Shown one piece after another: positions 34,483 to 42,589 of a stretch of 47,470 nucleotides of DNA; position 1 is the stretch's first letter, and every line of letters begins with the position of its first letter. The stretch is taken from the NCBI GenBank assembly GCA_028707125.1, contig JAQTUX010000001.1, positions 928,023 to 975,492 of the forward strand, written 5' to 3'. The DNA comes from Candidatus Omnitrophota bacterium. GTDB taxonomy: Bacteria; Omnitrophota; Gorgyraeia; Gygaellales; JAQTUX01. Both the position numbers and the translations under genes were made by a program. The notes under the pieces were generated by a model that ran no database searches, was not told the origin of the DNA, and worked only from the letters and a program-made list of their open reading frames with translations.

Positions 34483-36086
34483 AGAAATATGTTTTCTTGG
34501 CAGCGTCTTTTTTAACGGCAGGGTTGAGCATACTTATTATTTCGTATGTGCACGCGGCATCAGCGATCCCGCCGGCAGGAGATCTTTTTCTGGAATCTCC
34601 TACTCCCGACGTGATGGTTTCGATGGACTTCAAGGACACGAGCCTTAAGGACGTGCTTAAGGCCTTATCCATCCAGTCGGGGATCAATTTTATCGCTTCA
34701 GAGGCGGTCAGGGACAGGGTGGTTACCTTGTATCTTGATAAGGTGCCGTTGGAAGACGCGCTGGATAAGCTTTTCCAGGCCAATAACCTTGAATACGATC
34801 AAGAGCCGGGGAGCAATATCATTATCGTTAAGGATTGGGGCAAGCCGGCCTTACAGACGCTAACTCAGGTGTTTTATCTCAAGCACGCCAGGGTTTCGCA
34901 GTCCAGGCTGCAGTCAGAGATCGATACCCTTCTTGAACCGCAGCAGGAAGAAGAAAGCAGCAGCAGCGGCAGCGGCGGCGGCGATGAGGAAGATAAGGCG
35001 GATGAGGGTATAACCAAGTCAGTAGAGAACCTGCTTTCTGAAGTGGGAAAGGTTACGGAAGACACGCGCACCAACAGCCTCATTGTTACCGATATCCCCT
35101 CAAGGATGGCGATAATTGAGGAGATGATCAAGAAGCTGGATGTGCCTACAGAGCAGGTGATGATAGAAGTGGAGATGCTCGATGTCAGTAAGAACACAGT
35201 GGATAAATTAGGCGTTAAATTTGATGAAACTAATCCGGTGTTAAAGATGGTATTTACCGGAGGTTCAAGAGGGACGGCGTTCCCCATCAAGCAGCTTTAC
35301 GGAAACAGCGAGACGCCTGTAACTAAAACAGGCCCTACGGCCGGGAGCATGAATTTCGGCAGCACGACTTTTTCCATGCTCCTTGACTTTCTCAGGACGC
35401 AGACAGATACAAAGTTCCTGGCGCGGCCAAGGATCTCTACTTTAAGCAATGAGACGGCCGAGATAAAGATATCCACTGATGAAGCCATAGGGACGATTAC
35501 TACTAGCTCCGGAGAAGGCTCCGGCGCGCAGACAAGTACCCAGGCAGAAAGAACACAGACAGGGATATCTCTCAGGGTTACGCCTCAAGTGAACGGCGAA
35601 GGTTACATAACGATGTTTGTTCAGCCAACGGTCACAGAGGCGGCAACCAGCAATTTGAGCTCCAGTTTCAGAGATCCCGAAGTCAGGACGTCTAAGTCAA
35701 CGCTTAAGATAAAGGATGGAGAGACCATAGTGGTGGGTGGCCTTATCAAGACCAATTTCAATCAAGTCATTACCAAATGGCCCTTTTTTGGGGATCTGCC
35801 GTTGTTGGGAGCCATGTTCAGGCATAAAAGTAAAACCAAGGACCTGGACAGGGAACTGATCGTATTTATAACTCCTCATATCGTCAAGGATAAGGTAGAG
35901 GTGGCGAAGTTTGAGCCGGTTGAAACCTTCTCTTTGCCCGAGAGGGAACAGGATGACGCGCGCAAAACAGAAGCCGATTCCGCTATCAATGAAACGCTGA
36001 ATCTGCTTGAGAAACGGGAAGGCAGAGGGGCGGGAACGCGCGAGCAATCCGGCAATGTAGCCGATAAAAGCGTTTTCAGGTACTGA
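34479..36086 (+). CDS. pilQ: Type IV pilus / T2SS secretin
   Basis: It has a signal peptide and N-domain motifs (NSLIVTD). The C-terminal secretin domain ends in PFFGDLPLLGAMFRHKSKTKDLDRELIVFITPHIV. Confidence 0.9.
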   Translation: MKKYVFLAASFLTAGLSILIISYVHAASAIPPAGDLFLESPTPDVMVSMDFKDTSLKDVLKALSIQSGINFIASEAVRDRVVTLYLDKVPLEDALDKLFQANNLEYDQEPGSNIIIVKDWGKPALQTLTQVFYLKHARVSQSRLQSEIDTLLEPQQEEESSSSGSGGGDEEDKADEGITKSVENLLSEVGKVTEDTRTNSLIVTDIPSRMAIIEEMIKKLDVPTEQVMIEVEMLDVSKNTVDKLGVKFDETNPVLKMVFTGGSRGTAFPIKQLYGNSETPVTKTGPTAGSMNFGSTTFSMLLDFLRTQTDTKFLARPRISTLSNETAEIKISTDEAIGTITTSSGEGSGAQTSTQAERTQTGISLRVTPQVNGEGYITMFVQPTVTEAATSNLSSSFRDPEVRTSKSTLKIKDGETIVVGGLIKTNFNQVITKWPFFGDLPLLGAMFRHKSKTKDLDRELIVFITPHIVKDKVEVAKFEPVETFSLPEREQDDARKTEADSAINETLNLLEKREGRGAGTREQSGNVADKSVFRY

Positions 36087-36096
36087 GTTGTTTGCT

Positions 36097-36183
36097 ATGT
36101 CATTGCGAGCGAACGAAGTGAGCGAAGCAATCCCGCTTTTATGGATTGTTTCGTCCCCCGCGGGTTCTCGCAATGACATTTTT
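36097..36183. repeat. REP-like palindromic element / possible terminator between pilQ and pilB
   Basis: A 13-bp perfect inverted repeat pairs atgtcattgcgag (36097-36109) with ctcgcaatgacat (36167-36179). It encloses 57 nt (gcgaacgaagtgagcgaagcaatc...) and is followed by tttt. Confidence 0.75.
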
Positions 36184-36188
36184 ATAAG

Positions 36189-37901
36189 ATGATAAAATCA
36201 AAATATCTAAAATTAGGGGAAATCCTGATCAGCCAGGGGCTGATCACTCAGGACCAGCTTGATCAGGCAATGCTTATACAAAAACGGGAAGGCGGCCGCA
36301 TAGGAGAAGTTCTGATCAAGACAGGCATTGTTAAAGAGGATAGTATGGTCGCGGCTTTGGCAAAGCAGTTAAATATGCCATATATCACCTTCGCGTCCGG
36401 TTCCCTCAAACCCAAAGACGGCCAGGGCCTTGAAACGCTTATATCCAAGGACTTTGCCTTGAGAAATACTGTTTTGCCTCTTTCAAAGGATGCTGATTCG
36501 CTTACCTGCGCGGTTTTTGACCCCCTTGATCTGATGCTTATTGATAACCTGCGCAAGATCACCGGATGCGAAATAAATACGGTAGTTGCCTCAAAGACCG
36601 ACATATCAAAGGCCATAGAAGAGTTCTACGGCAGGGCAGACCTTTTAAAGGAAGCTGTGCAGAAGTCGTACGGCGTCATGACTGATTTTACCGCCGAGGC
36701 AGTTGGCGACGAAGAGTCGCTGAGCATGGATAAGATCATCGCCAAGGCGGAAGAGGCGCCGGTGGTAAAGCTGGTTGACCTGATAATCAGGCAGGCGATA
36801 GATGAGCGCGCTTCAGACATACATATAGAGCCGTTCAGGGACAAGGTTTCTTTACGATACAGGGTTGACGGGAAGTTGTATGAGATACCGCCGCCGGCAA
36901 AACAGATGCACCTGCCGATCATCTCAAGAATAAAGATACTGGCAAAACTTGATATAGCTGAAAAGCGCCTGCCGCAGGACGGGACGTTTATGGTCAGATT
37001 GGAAGACAGGAACATAGACCTGAGGATCTCAACCATACCTACCATATACGGAGAAAAGGTGGTTCTGAGGATACTGGATAGAAGCAGGATCGTGCTTGAT
37101 CTGAATAAGATGGGTTTTGACCAGAATCAACTGCAGTTTATGCGCAAGGCAATAAATTCGCCTTATGGCCTGGTTTTTTTAACCGGCCCTACCGGAAGCG
37201 GAAAGTCAACTACGCTATACGCTGTGCTCCAGGAGATCAAGGCGCCTACCAAGAATATAATGACCGTAGAGGATCCTGTGGAATATAGATTAGACGGCGT
37301 AAACCAGATACAGGTAAAGCCGGAAATAGGGCTGACTTTTGCTTCGGCTCTTAGAAGTTTTTTAAGGCAGGACCCCGACATTATGCTGGTAGGCGAGGTC
37401 AGGGACCTTGAGACAGCCGAGATCTGCGTGCGCTCCGCGCTCACAGGCCACCTGGTTTTAAGCACGCTGCATACCAACGACGCGCCTTCCGCGATAGGTC
37501 GGCTTATGGATATCGGCATAGAGCCGTATCTGCTCACGCCGTCCCTTTTGGTCGTGATAGCCCAGCGGCTTATACGGACATTATGCCCTGGTTGTAAGGA
37601 GGCGTATGAGCCGTCGGAAAAGGAATTGGGCGGCATAAAGCTTAACAGCGGATTGATCTATAAGGCAAAGGGCTGTTCCGAATGCGGCCAGATGGGGTAT
37701 AAAGGCAGGACGTTAATAGCTGAAGTAATGCCTATAACCGACGCGATAAAAGAGCTTGTCTCACAGGGCGCCACTTTTCAGAAGATAAGAGAAGTAGCGA
37801 GATCTGAGGGGATGCAGACCCTTTATGAATCCGGTTTGCGTAAGGTGGAACAGGGCATAACCAGCTTGGAAGAGGTATTAAGCGTGACTTTGGGGATATA
37901 G
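36189..37901 (+). CDS. pilB: Type IV pilus assembly ATPase PilB / GspE family with an N-terminal MshEN-type domain
   Basis: It has Walker A GPTGSGKST, the Asp/His boxes and the tetracysteine CPGC...CSEC. The N-terminal tandem motifs are KLGEILISQGLITQDQLDQAMLIQ and RIGEVLIKTGIVKEDSMVAALAKQ. Confidence 0.93.
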   Translation: MIKSKYLKLGEILISQGLITQDQLDQAMLIQKREGGRIGEVLIKTGIVKEDSMVAALAKQLNMPYITFASGSLKPKDGQGLETLISKDFALRNTVLPLSKDADSLTCAVFDPLDLMLIDNLRKITGCEINTVVASKTDISKAIEEFYGRADLLKEAVQKSYGVMTDFTAEAVGDEESLSMDKIIAKAEEAPVVKLVDLIIRQAIDERASDIHIEPFRDKVSLRYRVDGKLYEIPPPAKQMHLPIISRIKILAKLDIAEKRLPQDGTFMVRLEDRNIDLRISTIPTIYGEKVVLRILDRSRIVLDLNKMGFDQNQLQFMRKAINSPYGLVFLTGPTGSGKSTTLYAVLQEIKAPTKNIMTVEDPVEYRLDGVNQIQVKPEIGLTFASALRSFLRQDPDIMLVGEVRDLETAEICVRSALTGHLVLSTLHTNDAPSAIGRLMDIGIEPYLLTPSLLVVIAQRLIRTLCPGCKEAYEPSEKELGGIKLNSGLIYKAKGCSECGQMGYKGRTLIAEVMPITDAIKELVSQGATFQKIREVARSEGMQTLYESGLRKVEQGITSLEEVLSVTLGI

Positions 37902-37904
37902 GGT

Positions 37905-39146
37905 ATGGCGCAATTTAATTATGAGGCAAGGGATAAGAGCGGCAATAAGGTAAAGGGCCGGCAAGAGGCGTCTAACAAAGATGACCTTGTGGCAATGCTT
38001 CAGGCAAAGGGTTATGTTGTCTCCAGTATAGCGGAAGAGGCGCAAGGCGCTCCGTCTGCCGGCGCGGGGTTATCAAAAATACCCGCCAGATCCAAAGGCC
38101 GCAAGCATAGCCGCATTAACAGCGCCGATCTCGTGCTTTTTGCCAGGCAGCTGGCAACACTGCTTAACGCCGGCGTGAGCATATTAAAGAGTTTAGAGAT
38201 AATCACTAGACAGACCGAAAGCAGAGGGCTTGAGGCGGTAGTGGCGCGCGTAATATCCGATATGGAAGGCGGCTTAAGCCTGCATGAGTCGTTGGGGAAG
38301 CACAAAAGGGTCTTTTCCGAGCTTTGGGTAAATCTGATCGAAACAGGCGAGGCAAGCGGGAATTTAGGGGCCGTTCTTGAGCGGCTTGCCGGCTATCTTG
38401 AGCAAAAGGCGTCCTTGAAGTCAAAGATAATCTCCGCGATGATCTATCCGGCGATCCTGTTCGTTACTGCTTGTGGAGCTATCGCCATATTTATGCTGAA
38501 GATCATACCCACGTTCGCCGAGATATTTTCCGGTTTTAATATGGAGTTGCCCGCCTTGACTAAGATGTTGATGGATATGACCGAACTTATGAAAAAGGGG
38601 CTATTCCCCGCTGCGATCGTTGCCTTCGCGCTTCTCTTTATTCTCAGGCAGTATATAAACACTCCGGTTGGCAGAAGAAAGTTTGATATATTCATGCTCA
38701 GGGTCCCCATTGTGGGCAATGTGGTAAAGATAATCGCGCTTGAGAGATTTGCCTCTACCATGTCAACGCTGGTGCAAAGCGGCGTGCCCATATTATACTC
38801 TTTGGAAATTACCGAAAGGAGTATCGGCAACAAGGTCCTTGAAGAGACGCTGAGGGTGGTAAAAGAGAGCGTCAGGGGCGGTAAAAGCTTGAGCGGCCCG
38901 CTTGAGGCAAGCGGCCTGTTTCCTCCGATGGTTGTGCAAATGGTGGCGGTAGGCGAGGAGATCGGCGAACTGCCACAGATGTTCAAAAGGATATCCGATT
39001 ACTACGCCGAGGTCATAGAAACGCTGATAACCCGGCTCACCGCGGCATTTGAGCCGATCATGCTGATATTTATGGCTTTTATCATCGGGACCATGGTAGT
39101 GGCGATGTTTTTGCCCATATTCCAGATAACCAAGATCGCGGGGTAG
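37905..39146 (+). CDS. pilC: Type IV pilus / T2SS platform protein PilC/GspF
   Basis: The protein is 413 aa with two GspF-type repeats (LARQLATLLNAGVSILKSLEI and FASTMSTLVQSGVPILYSLEI) and three TM segments. Confidence 0.92.
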   Translation: MAQFNYEARDKSGNKVKGRQEASNKDDLVAMLQAKGYVVSSIAEEAQGAPSAGAGLSKIPARSKGRKHSRINSADLVLFARQLATLLNAGVSILKSLEIITRQTESRGLEAVVARVISDMEGGLSLHESLGKHKRVFSELWVNLIETGEASGNLGAVLERLAGYLEQKASLKSKIISAMIYPAILFVTACGAIAIFMLKIIPTFAEIFSGFNMELPALTKMLMDMTELMKKGLFPAAIVAFALLFILRQYINTPVGRRKFDIFMLRVPIVGNVVKIIALERFASTMSTLVQSGVPILYSLEITERSIGNKVLEETLRVVKESVRGGKSLSGPLEASGLFPPMVVQMVAVGEEIGELPQMFKRISDYYAEVIETLITRLTAAFEPIMLIFMAFIIGTMVVAMFLPIFQITKIAG

Positions 39147-39156
39147 TTAAAACTTG

Positions 39157-39186
39157 TTGACAAATCCGATACCGCTATATTATTAT
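39157..39186 (+). promoter_or_regulatory. Candidate promoter TTGACA-18 nt-TATTAT for the pilin operon
   Basis: ttgaca lies at 39157-39162 and tattat at 39181-39186. TATAAT at 39184-39189 would need a 21-nt spacer. Confidence 0.45.
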
Positions 39187-39281
39187 AATACAATGGACGA
39201 AATGAACGAAAGGAGGGAAGCCGGCTAAACGACCTTATTTAACGACGTAATTAAATGGCTAAAGTAAAAAAGGAGATTAAA

Positions 39282-39713
39282 ATGAAAAGGACGAAAGGTT
39301 TTACCTTGCTTGAGTTAATGATAGTGGTCATTATCGTAGGCATATTGGCTACTTTGGGGGTTTCACAATACGCCAGGGCCACAGAGAGAGCCCGTGGAGC
39401 CGAGGCAAGACAGGTATTAAGTACGGTGAGATCACTGGCAGTGGCGTATAGTATGGATCATGAAGCTTATACTGGTTTTGATAACACAATAGCTGGTATA
39501 GGGACGGGGGTTGATCAGATACCCTCTGCCTGCAGGCCAAGCCACTATTTTTATTACAACGTATTAGGGGCCAGCGCTACGTCCGTACAAATGAGGGCTA
39601 TTAGATGTACAGGTGGCCAAGGGAAACCGCCTTCAGGGGCAACGGCAGGGTATCTTCAGCTGTGGATCAATACCGACGGAACTTCTGAATGGACAAGTAA
39701 TGCGGGTTACTAA
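39282..39713 (+). CDS. Type IV pilin / major pseudopilin (prepilin N-terminal methylation motif)
   Basis: The N-terminus is MKRTKG|FTLLELMIVVIIVGILA, and a C-terminal Cys pair (ACRPSH...IRC) is present. I chose the ATG at 39282, which has the SD aaggag, giving a 6-aa leader (track start: 39255). Confidence 0.9.
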   Translation: MKRTKGFTLLELMIVVIIVGILATLGVSQYARATERARGAEARQVLSTVRSLAVAYSMDHEAYTGFDNTIAGIGTGVDQIPSACRPSHYFYYNVLGASATSVQMRAIRCTGGQGKPPSGATAGYLQLWINTDGTSEWTSNAGY

Positions 39714-40140
39714 TCCCGAAAAGAGCGGTTTCATTAAGGCATTCACGCTTTTAGAGATAATGATCGTGGTGGTTATAATAGGGATTTTGGCCACCCTGGG
39801 CGTGAATTACAGGCCCATAGTTGAGAGTGCGTTAAACAGGGAGGCAGTCGTCAATCTGAAGCTGATTGCCGCCGGGGAGAGGGTGTATCGGCTCGAGCGG
39901 GGCGAATACTATGGTTCTACGCAGACCAGCTTTCTCAATACGAACTTGAGGCTTTATCTGCCTATGGGGCCGAATGTCAAGTGGAGTTATGCCGTAGAAA
40001 TAACCGGGCCCGGCGCAGCATTTACAGCCAAAGCAACAAGGGTAAACGCTGGTGCTGATGGCCGCGTCTGGGAGTTGACAAGTGCAAATGTAGATAATGG
40101 TGAGGAGCCGTCCTGCACAGGTGGTAATTTTTGTGGTTAA
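39700..40140 (+). CDS. Prepilin-type minor pilin with Ala at position -1
   Basis: The N-terminus is MRVTNPEKSGFIKA|FTLLEIMIVVVIIGILA, with a C-terminal CTGGNFC. I chose the ATG at 39700. The track Met at 39613 would overlap the previous pilin by 100 nt. Confidence 0.8.
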   Translation: MRVTNPEKSGFIKAFTLLEIMIVVVIIGILATLGVNYRPIVESALNREAVVNLKLIAAGERVYRLERGEYYGSTQTSFLNTNLRLYLPMGPNVKWSYAVEITGPGAAFTAKATRVNAGADGRVWELTSANVDNGEEPSCTGGNFCG

Positions 40141-40504
40141 GAGAAACGCGGGGTTTACTTTGCTGGAAATCCTTGTTGCCACGGTGATCTTTGCCATGGT
40201 AGTTGCCGGTTTAAGCGCTACCTTTGTCTCGGTAAAACGCCAGTTGCTGCATACCAAATCCAACATCCAGGCAGTTGAGAAAATGGGCGGTGAGCTGAAT
40301 CTGCTTAATGCGCAAGTCAGGCAGGATACGTGGGATGAGGGCGGCAATACTCTCAGGGTTGCCGCATATCCTGCCGTTTCTGTTCCCGCGATAGACGATA
40401 ATAATATTGGTTACACATATAATTATGAAGTTGATGAGCCGGCCGGACTTAACGGGTTAAGAAGGGCCGTTATGGAAATAACCTGGGATGAACCGACGTC
40501 GTAG
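40133..40504 (+). CDS. Prepilin-type minor pilin (GspI/PilV-like size)
   Basis: The N-terminus is VVKRNAG|FTLLEILVATVIFAMV. The GTG at 40133 has aggtgg 8 nt upstream. The track ATG at 40097 is the alternative. Confidence 0.8.
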   Translation: MVKRNAGFTLLEILVATVIFAMVVAGLSATFVSVKRQLLHTKSNIQAVEKMGGELNLLNAQVRQDTWDEGGNTLRVAAYPAVSVPAIDDNNIGYTYNYEVDEPAGLNGLRRAVMEITWDEPTS

Positions 40505-41039
40505 GGCAGTTACGCTGATAGAGCTTCTTGTGGCAATTGTTATGTTCGGCATGATCAGTATCGGCTTTGCCAGTATTGAGCTGTTCGCGCGGTATCAGGC
40601 GGTCTCGTCGGACAGAAGGAGCCAGATATTGAATGAGGCCTCCATCGCGGTTGAGGCGATAGCCCGAAGGGTGCGCCATTCAGAGGGATGGGTTGAGGAA
40701 CCGCCGTTTATTGTGCATGCCAACAACATGGGTGTGGATATTAGAGAAAACGATAATGATCCTGTTACCATAGGCCAGACAATGTGCAGGTTTACACTTG
40801 TCGGCGATGAACTTTATTATCAGGAGACGCTGACCGCCAATAGAAGATTAATAGCAAGAAAGATCATAGAGTTTGCCCTTGAGGCAGTAGATCCAGGCAG
40901 TTCTGTCCCCTTAAGACCTTACGCGCTTCGTATCCACGTAAAGACGGTGTATAATCCTAATGCCGCGATAAGTTATCCCGATAATCCCGACGCGGCAATT
41001 GATACGGTGGTGGTATGCCCTTCCGCGTCGATGGGGTAG
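40488..41039 (+). CDS. Prepilin-type minor pilin (GspJ/PilW-like) with a non-canonical RRA|VTLIELLVA junction
   Basis: The N-terminus is MNRRRRAVTLIELLVAIVMFGMISIG. The start overlaps the previous pilin by 17 nt. Confidence 0.75.
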   Translation: MNRRRRAVTLIELLVAIVMFGMISIGFASIELFARYQAVSSDRRSQILNEASIAVEAIARRVRHSEGWVEEPPFIVHANNMGVDIRENDNDPVTIGQTMCRFTLVGDELYYQETLTANRRLIARKIIEFALEAVDPGSSVPLRPYALRIHVKTVYNPNAAISYPDNPDAAIDTVVVCPSASMG

Positions 41040-41062
41040 GAGGCATTTTTAAAGGAGGCGCA

Positions 41063-42412
41063 ATGAAAAAAAGATCGCTTTTGGTTATATTGGTGCTTGC
41101 GGCAGCCGTTTTCAGCCCCTTTACGGCGTCGGCAGCGGAGGAAAAGCTGGAGATCACCACTTATTATCCTTCGCCTTACGGGGTGTATAAGAACTTGCGG
41201 GTCTATGAGGTAGATGATATTACTCATGCTTTAGATGAGGTCGGGGGCAACGTGCCTATATGCTGCGCGCAGGTTCGCGATGTCTCAACTCATAATGTTA
41301 CCAGAAGCGGCGGGACATGCGATAACCCGATTTTTCCTAAAGCAAATGAATACGCGGACAGGGCTACAGATTGGTTGACATGCGACCGGGATTATAGAGC
41401 GGCGTTTGTAACCAATCAGAAGAAAACCTGGATGATAAATGAAGGTGCCATAGGAGGATTGGCTATTGGAAGTTTGGTGAACCCCACCACATTCAGCAAT
41501 ATAGTTCCCTGGGCAGGTGAGGCAATAGGGTTTATGGGGGTATCTGATGTCGTGGGCCTTTATGGTATCGGAGGGCACGGTGTTAAGGGGCATGGTAGAG
41601 GCGGTTATGGAGTATGGGCTACGGCTGATGATAATTCCATAGCGGGCATAGGGGTACAGACGCAAGGCAGCACGATGGGTATTCATGTGGTCAGCCAGAA
41701 TGCAGACGCTATCCAGGCATTCCCGACAGGCACGGGCAGGGGTTTAAGGATTTATGCCATGGGTACCAGTGGTACAGAAGCAGTAAGCGTTCAACATACC
41801 GGTACTGGTATAGGTATCGCGCTTACGGCCCATAACAACCTTGGTATTGAGGCGTATAGCCCCAGCGGATATGATTTTCGTTCTATCACGTCTTCAGTTG
41901 CGAATGTTCTGTTGAGTAGCCGTAATAATTTCTTTTATATTGAAGGCCCGCCGGCTGGATACAATTGGGCAGGGAACGCACTTTTAGTATATAATCCAGG
42001 CACAGGTTACGTTGCCAATTTCAACGGGCCCGGTGGCGTAAGGGTAGTGGGAGTGCCGGGAGTCGCCGCTTTAGAGGTCAATCCGGGCAATCTGTCTGTT
42101 GCTGGTGAAGGACAGTTTGGCGGCGGCCTGCGGGACAATAGTAACAGTTTGGGCACCAGCGGCCAGGTCCTGACTTCTACAGGCAGCGGAGTTCAGTGGG
42201 GGAGTGCAGGCGTGCAGTGCGTTACACAGAGTTCTGTCGGATCAAATGTGACTGTCGCGTGTCCCTCAGGATATAGTGTAACCGGTGGCGGGCATAGTGG
42301 CCTATCACCACTTAATGAGGTGGTTGCTAGTAATCCAAGTGGTAATGGATGGCATTGTACTACCGCACAAGCGAATAGTAGTGTTACTTGCTATGCAGTT
42401 TGCTGCCAATAG
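41063..42412 (+). CDS. Secreted Cys-rich, Gly-rich protein at the end of the pilin operon (candidate pilus-associated adhesin or secretion substrate)
   Basis: It has a signal peptide (MKKRSLLVILVLAAAVFSPFTASA), with the ATG at 41063 preceded by the SD aaggagg. The central region is Gly-rich and repetitive (GIGGHGVKGHGRGGYGVWA..., GTGIGIALTAHNNLGIEA). The motif GTSGQVLTSTGSGVQW follows. There are 4 N-terminal and 6 C-terminal Cys residues. Confidence 0.8.
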   Translation: MKKRSLLVILVLAAAVFSPFTASAAEEKLEITTYYPSPYGVYKNLRVYEVDDITHALDEVGGNVPICCAQVRDVSTHNVTRSGGTCDNPIFPKANEYADRATDWLTCDRDYRAAFVTNQKKTWMINEGAIGGLAIGSLVNPTTFSNIVPWAGEAIGFMGVSDVVGLYGIGGHGVKGHGRGGYGVWATADDNSIAGIGVQTQGSTMGIHVVSQNADAIQAFPTGTGRGLRIYAMGTSGTEAVSVQHTGTGIGIALTAHNNLGIEAYSPSGYDFRSITSSVANVLLSSRNNFFYIEGPPAGYNWAGNALLVYNPGTGYVANFNGPGGVRVVGVPGVAALEVNPGNLSVAGEGQFGGGLRDNSNSLGTSGQVLTSTGSGVQWGSAGVQCVTQSSVGSNVTVACPSGYSVTGGGHSGLSPLNEVVASNPSGNGWHCTTAQANSSVTCYAVCCQ

Positions 42413-42441
42413 CAGGCAATAAGTTATCGTAACCTGGTTAC

Positions 42442-42482
42442 AATAGGGATAGGCCTTACGGGTATTATCCCTATTTTGTTTT
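42442..42482 (+). terminator. Rho-independent terminator after the pilin operon
   Basis: A 10-bp stem pairs aatagggata (42442-42451) with tatccctatt (42466-42475) and runs into ttttgtttt. Confidence 0.75.
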
Positions 42483-42526
42483 CCATTGCAAATTTCCCGC
42501 CGATATGGTAGATTAACTCAATCCAG

Positions 42527-42555
42527 GTCCTTCGCGCCCTTTGGGCGCTCAGGAC
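42527..42555. repeat. 29-nt hairpin element, left copy (5 bp + 2x2 internal loop + 6 bp)
   Basis: The sequence is gtccttcgcgccc-ttt-gggcgctcaggac. It ends 34 nt before the tRNA. It is the inverted counterpart of 42695-42723. Confidence 0.85.
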
Positions 42556-42589
42556 AAAATTTTCCCGCGTTCATAATATAGAAAATTTT

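Noticed and set aside
35697-36179. Minus-strand ORF of 160 aa (MSLREPAGDETIHKSGIASLTSFARNDI...)
   Set aside because: Its start lies inside the palindromic REP-like element, and the rest is antisense to the well-supported C-terminal secretin domain of pilQ. It is a typical shadow ORF.
39613-39699. Upstream Met (39613) for the second pilin. The same question applies to Met 39255 for pilin 1 and Met 41015 for the secreted protein.
   Set aside because: These starts would add long non-pilin or non-signal extensions and large overlaps with the preceding gene. The downstream ATGs yield short prepilin leaders or a normal signal peptide, and for pilin 1 and the secreted protein they also follow SD sequences.
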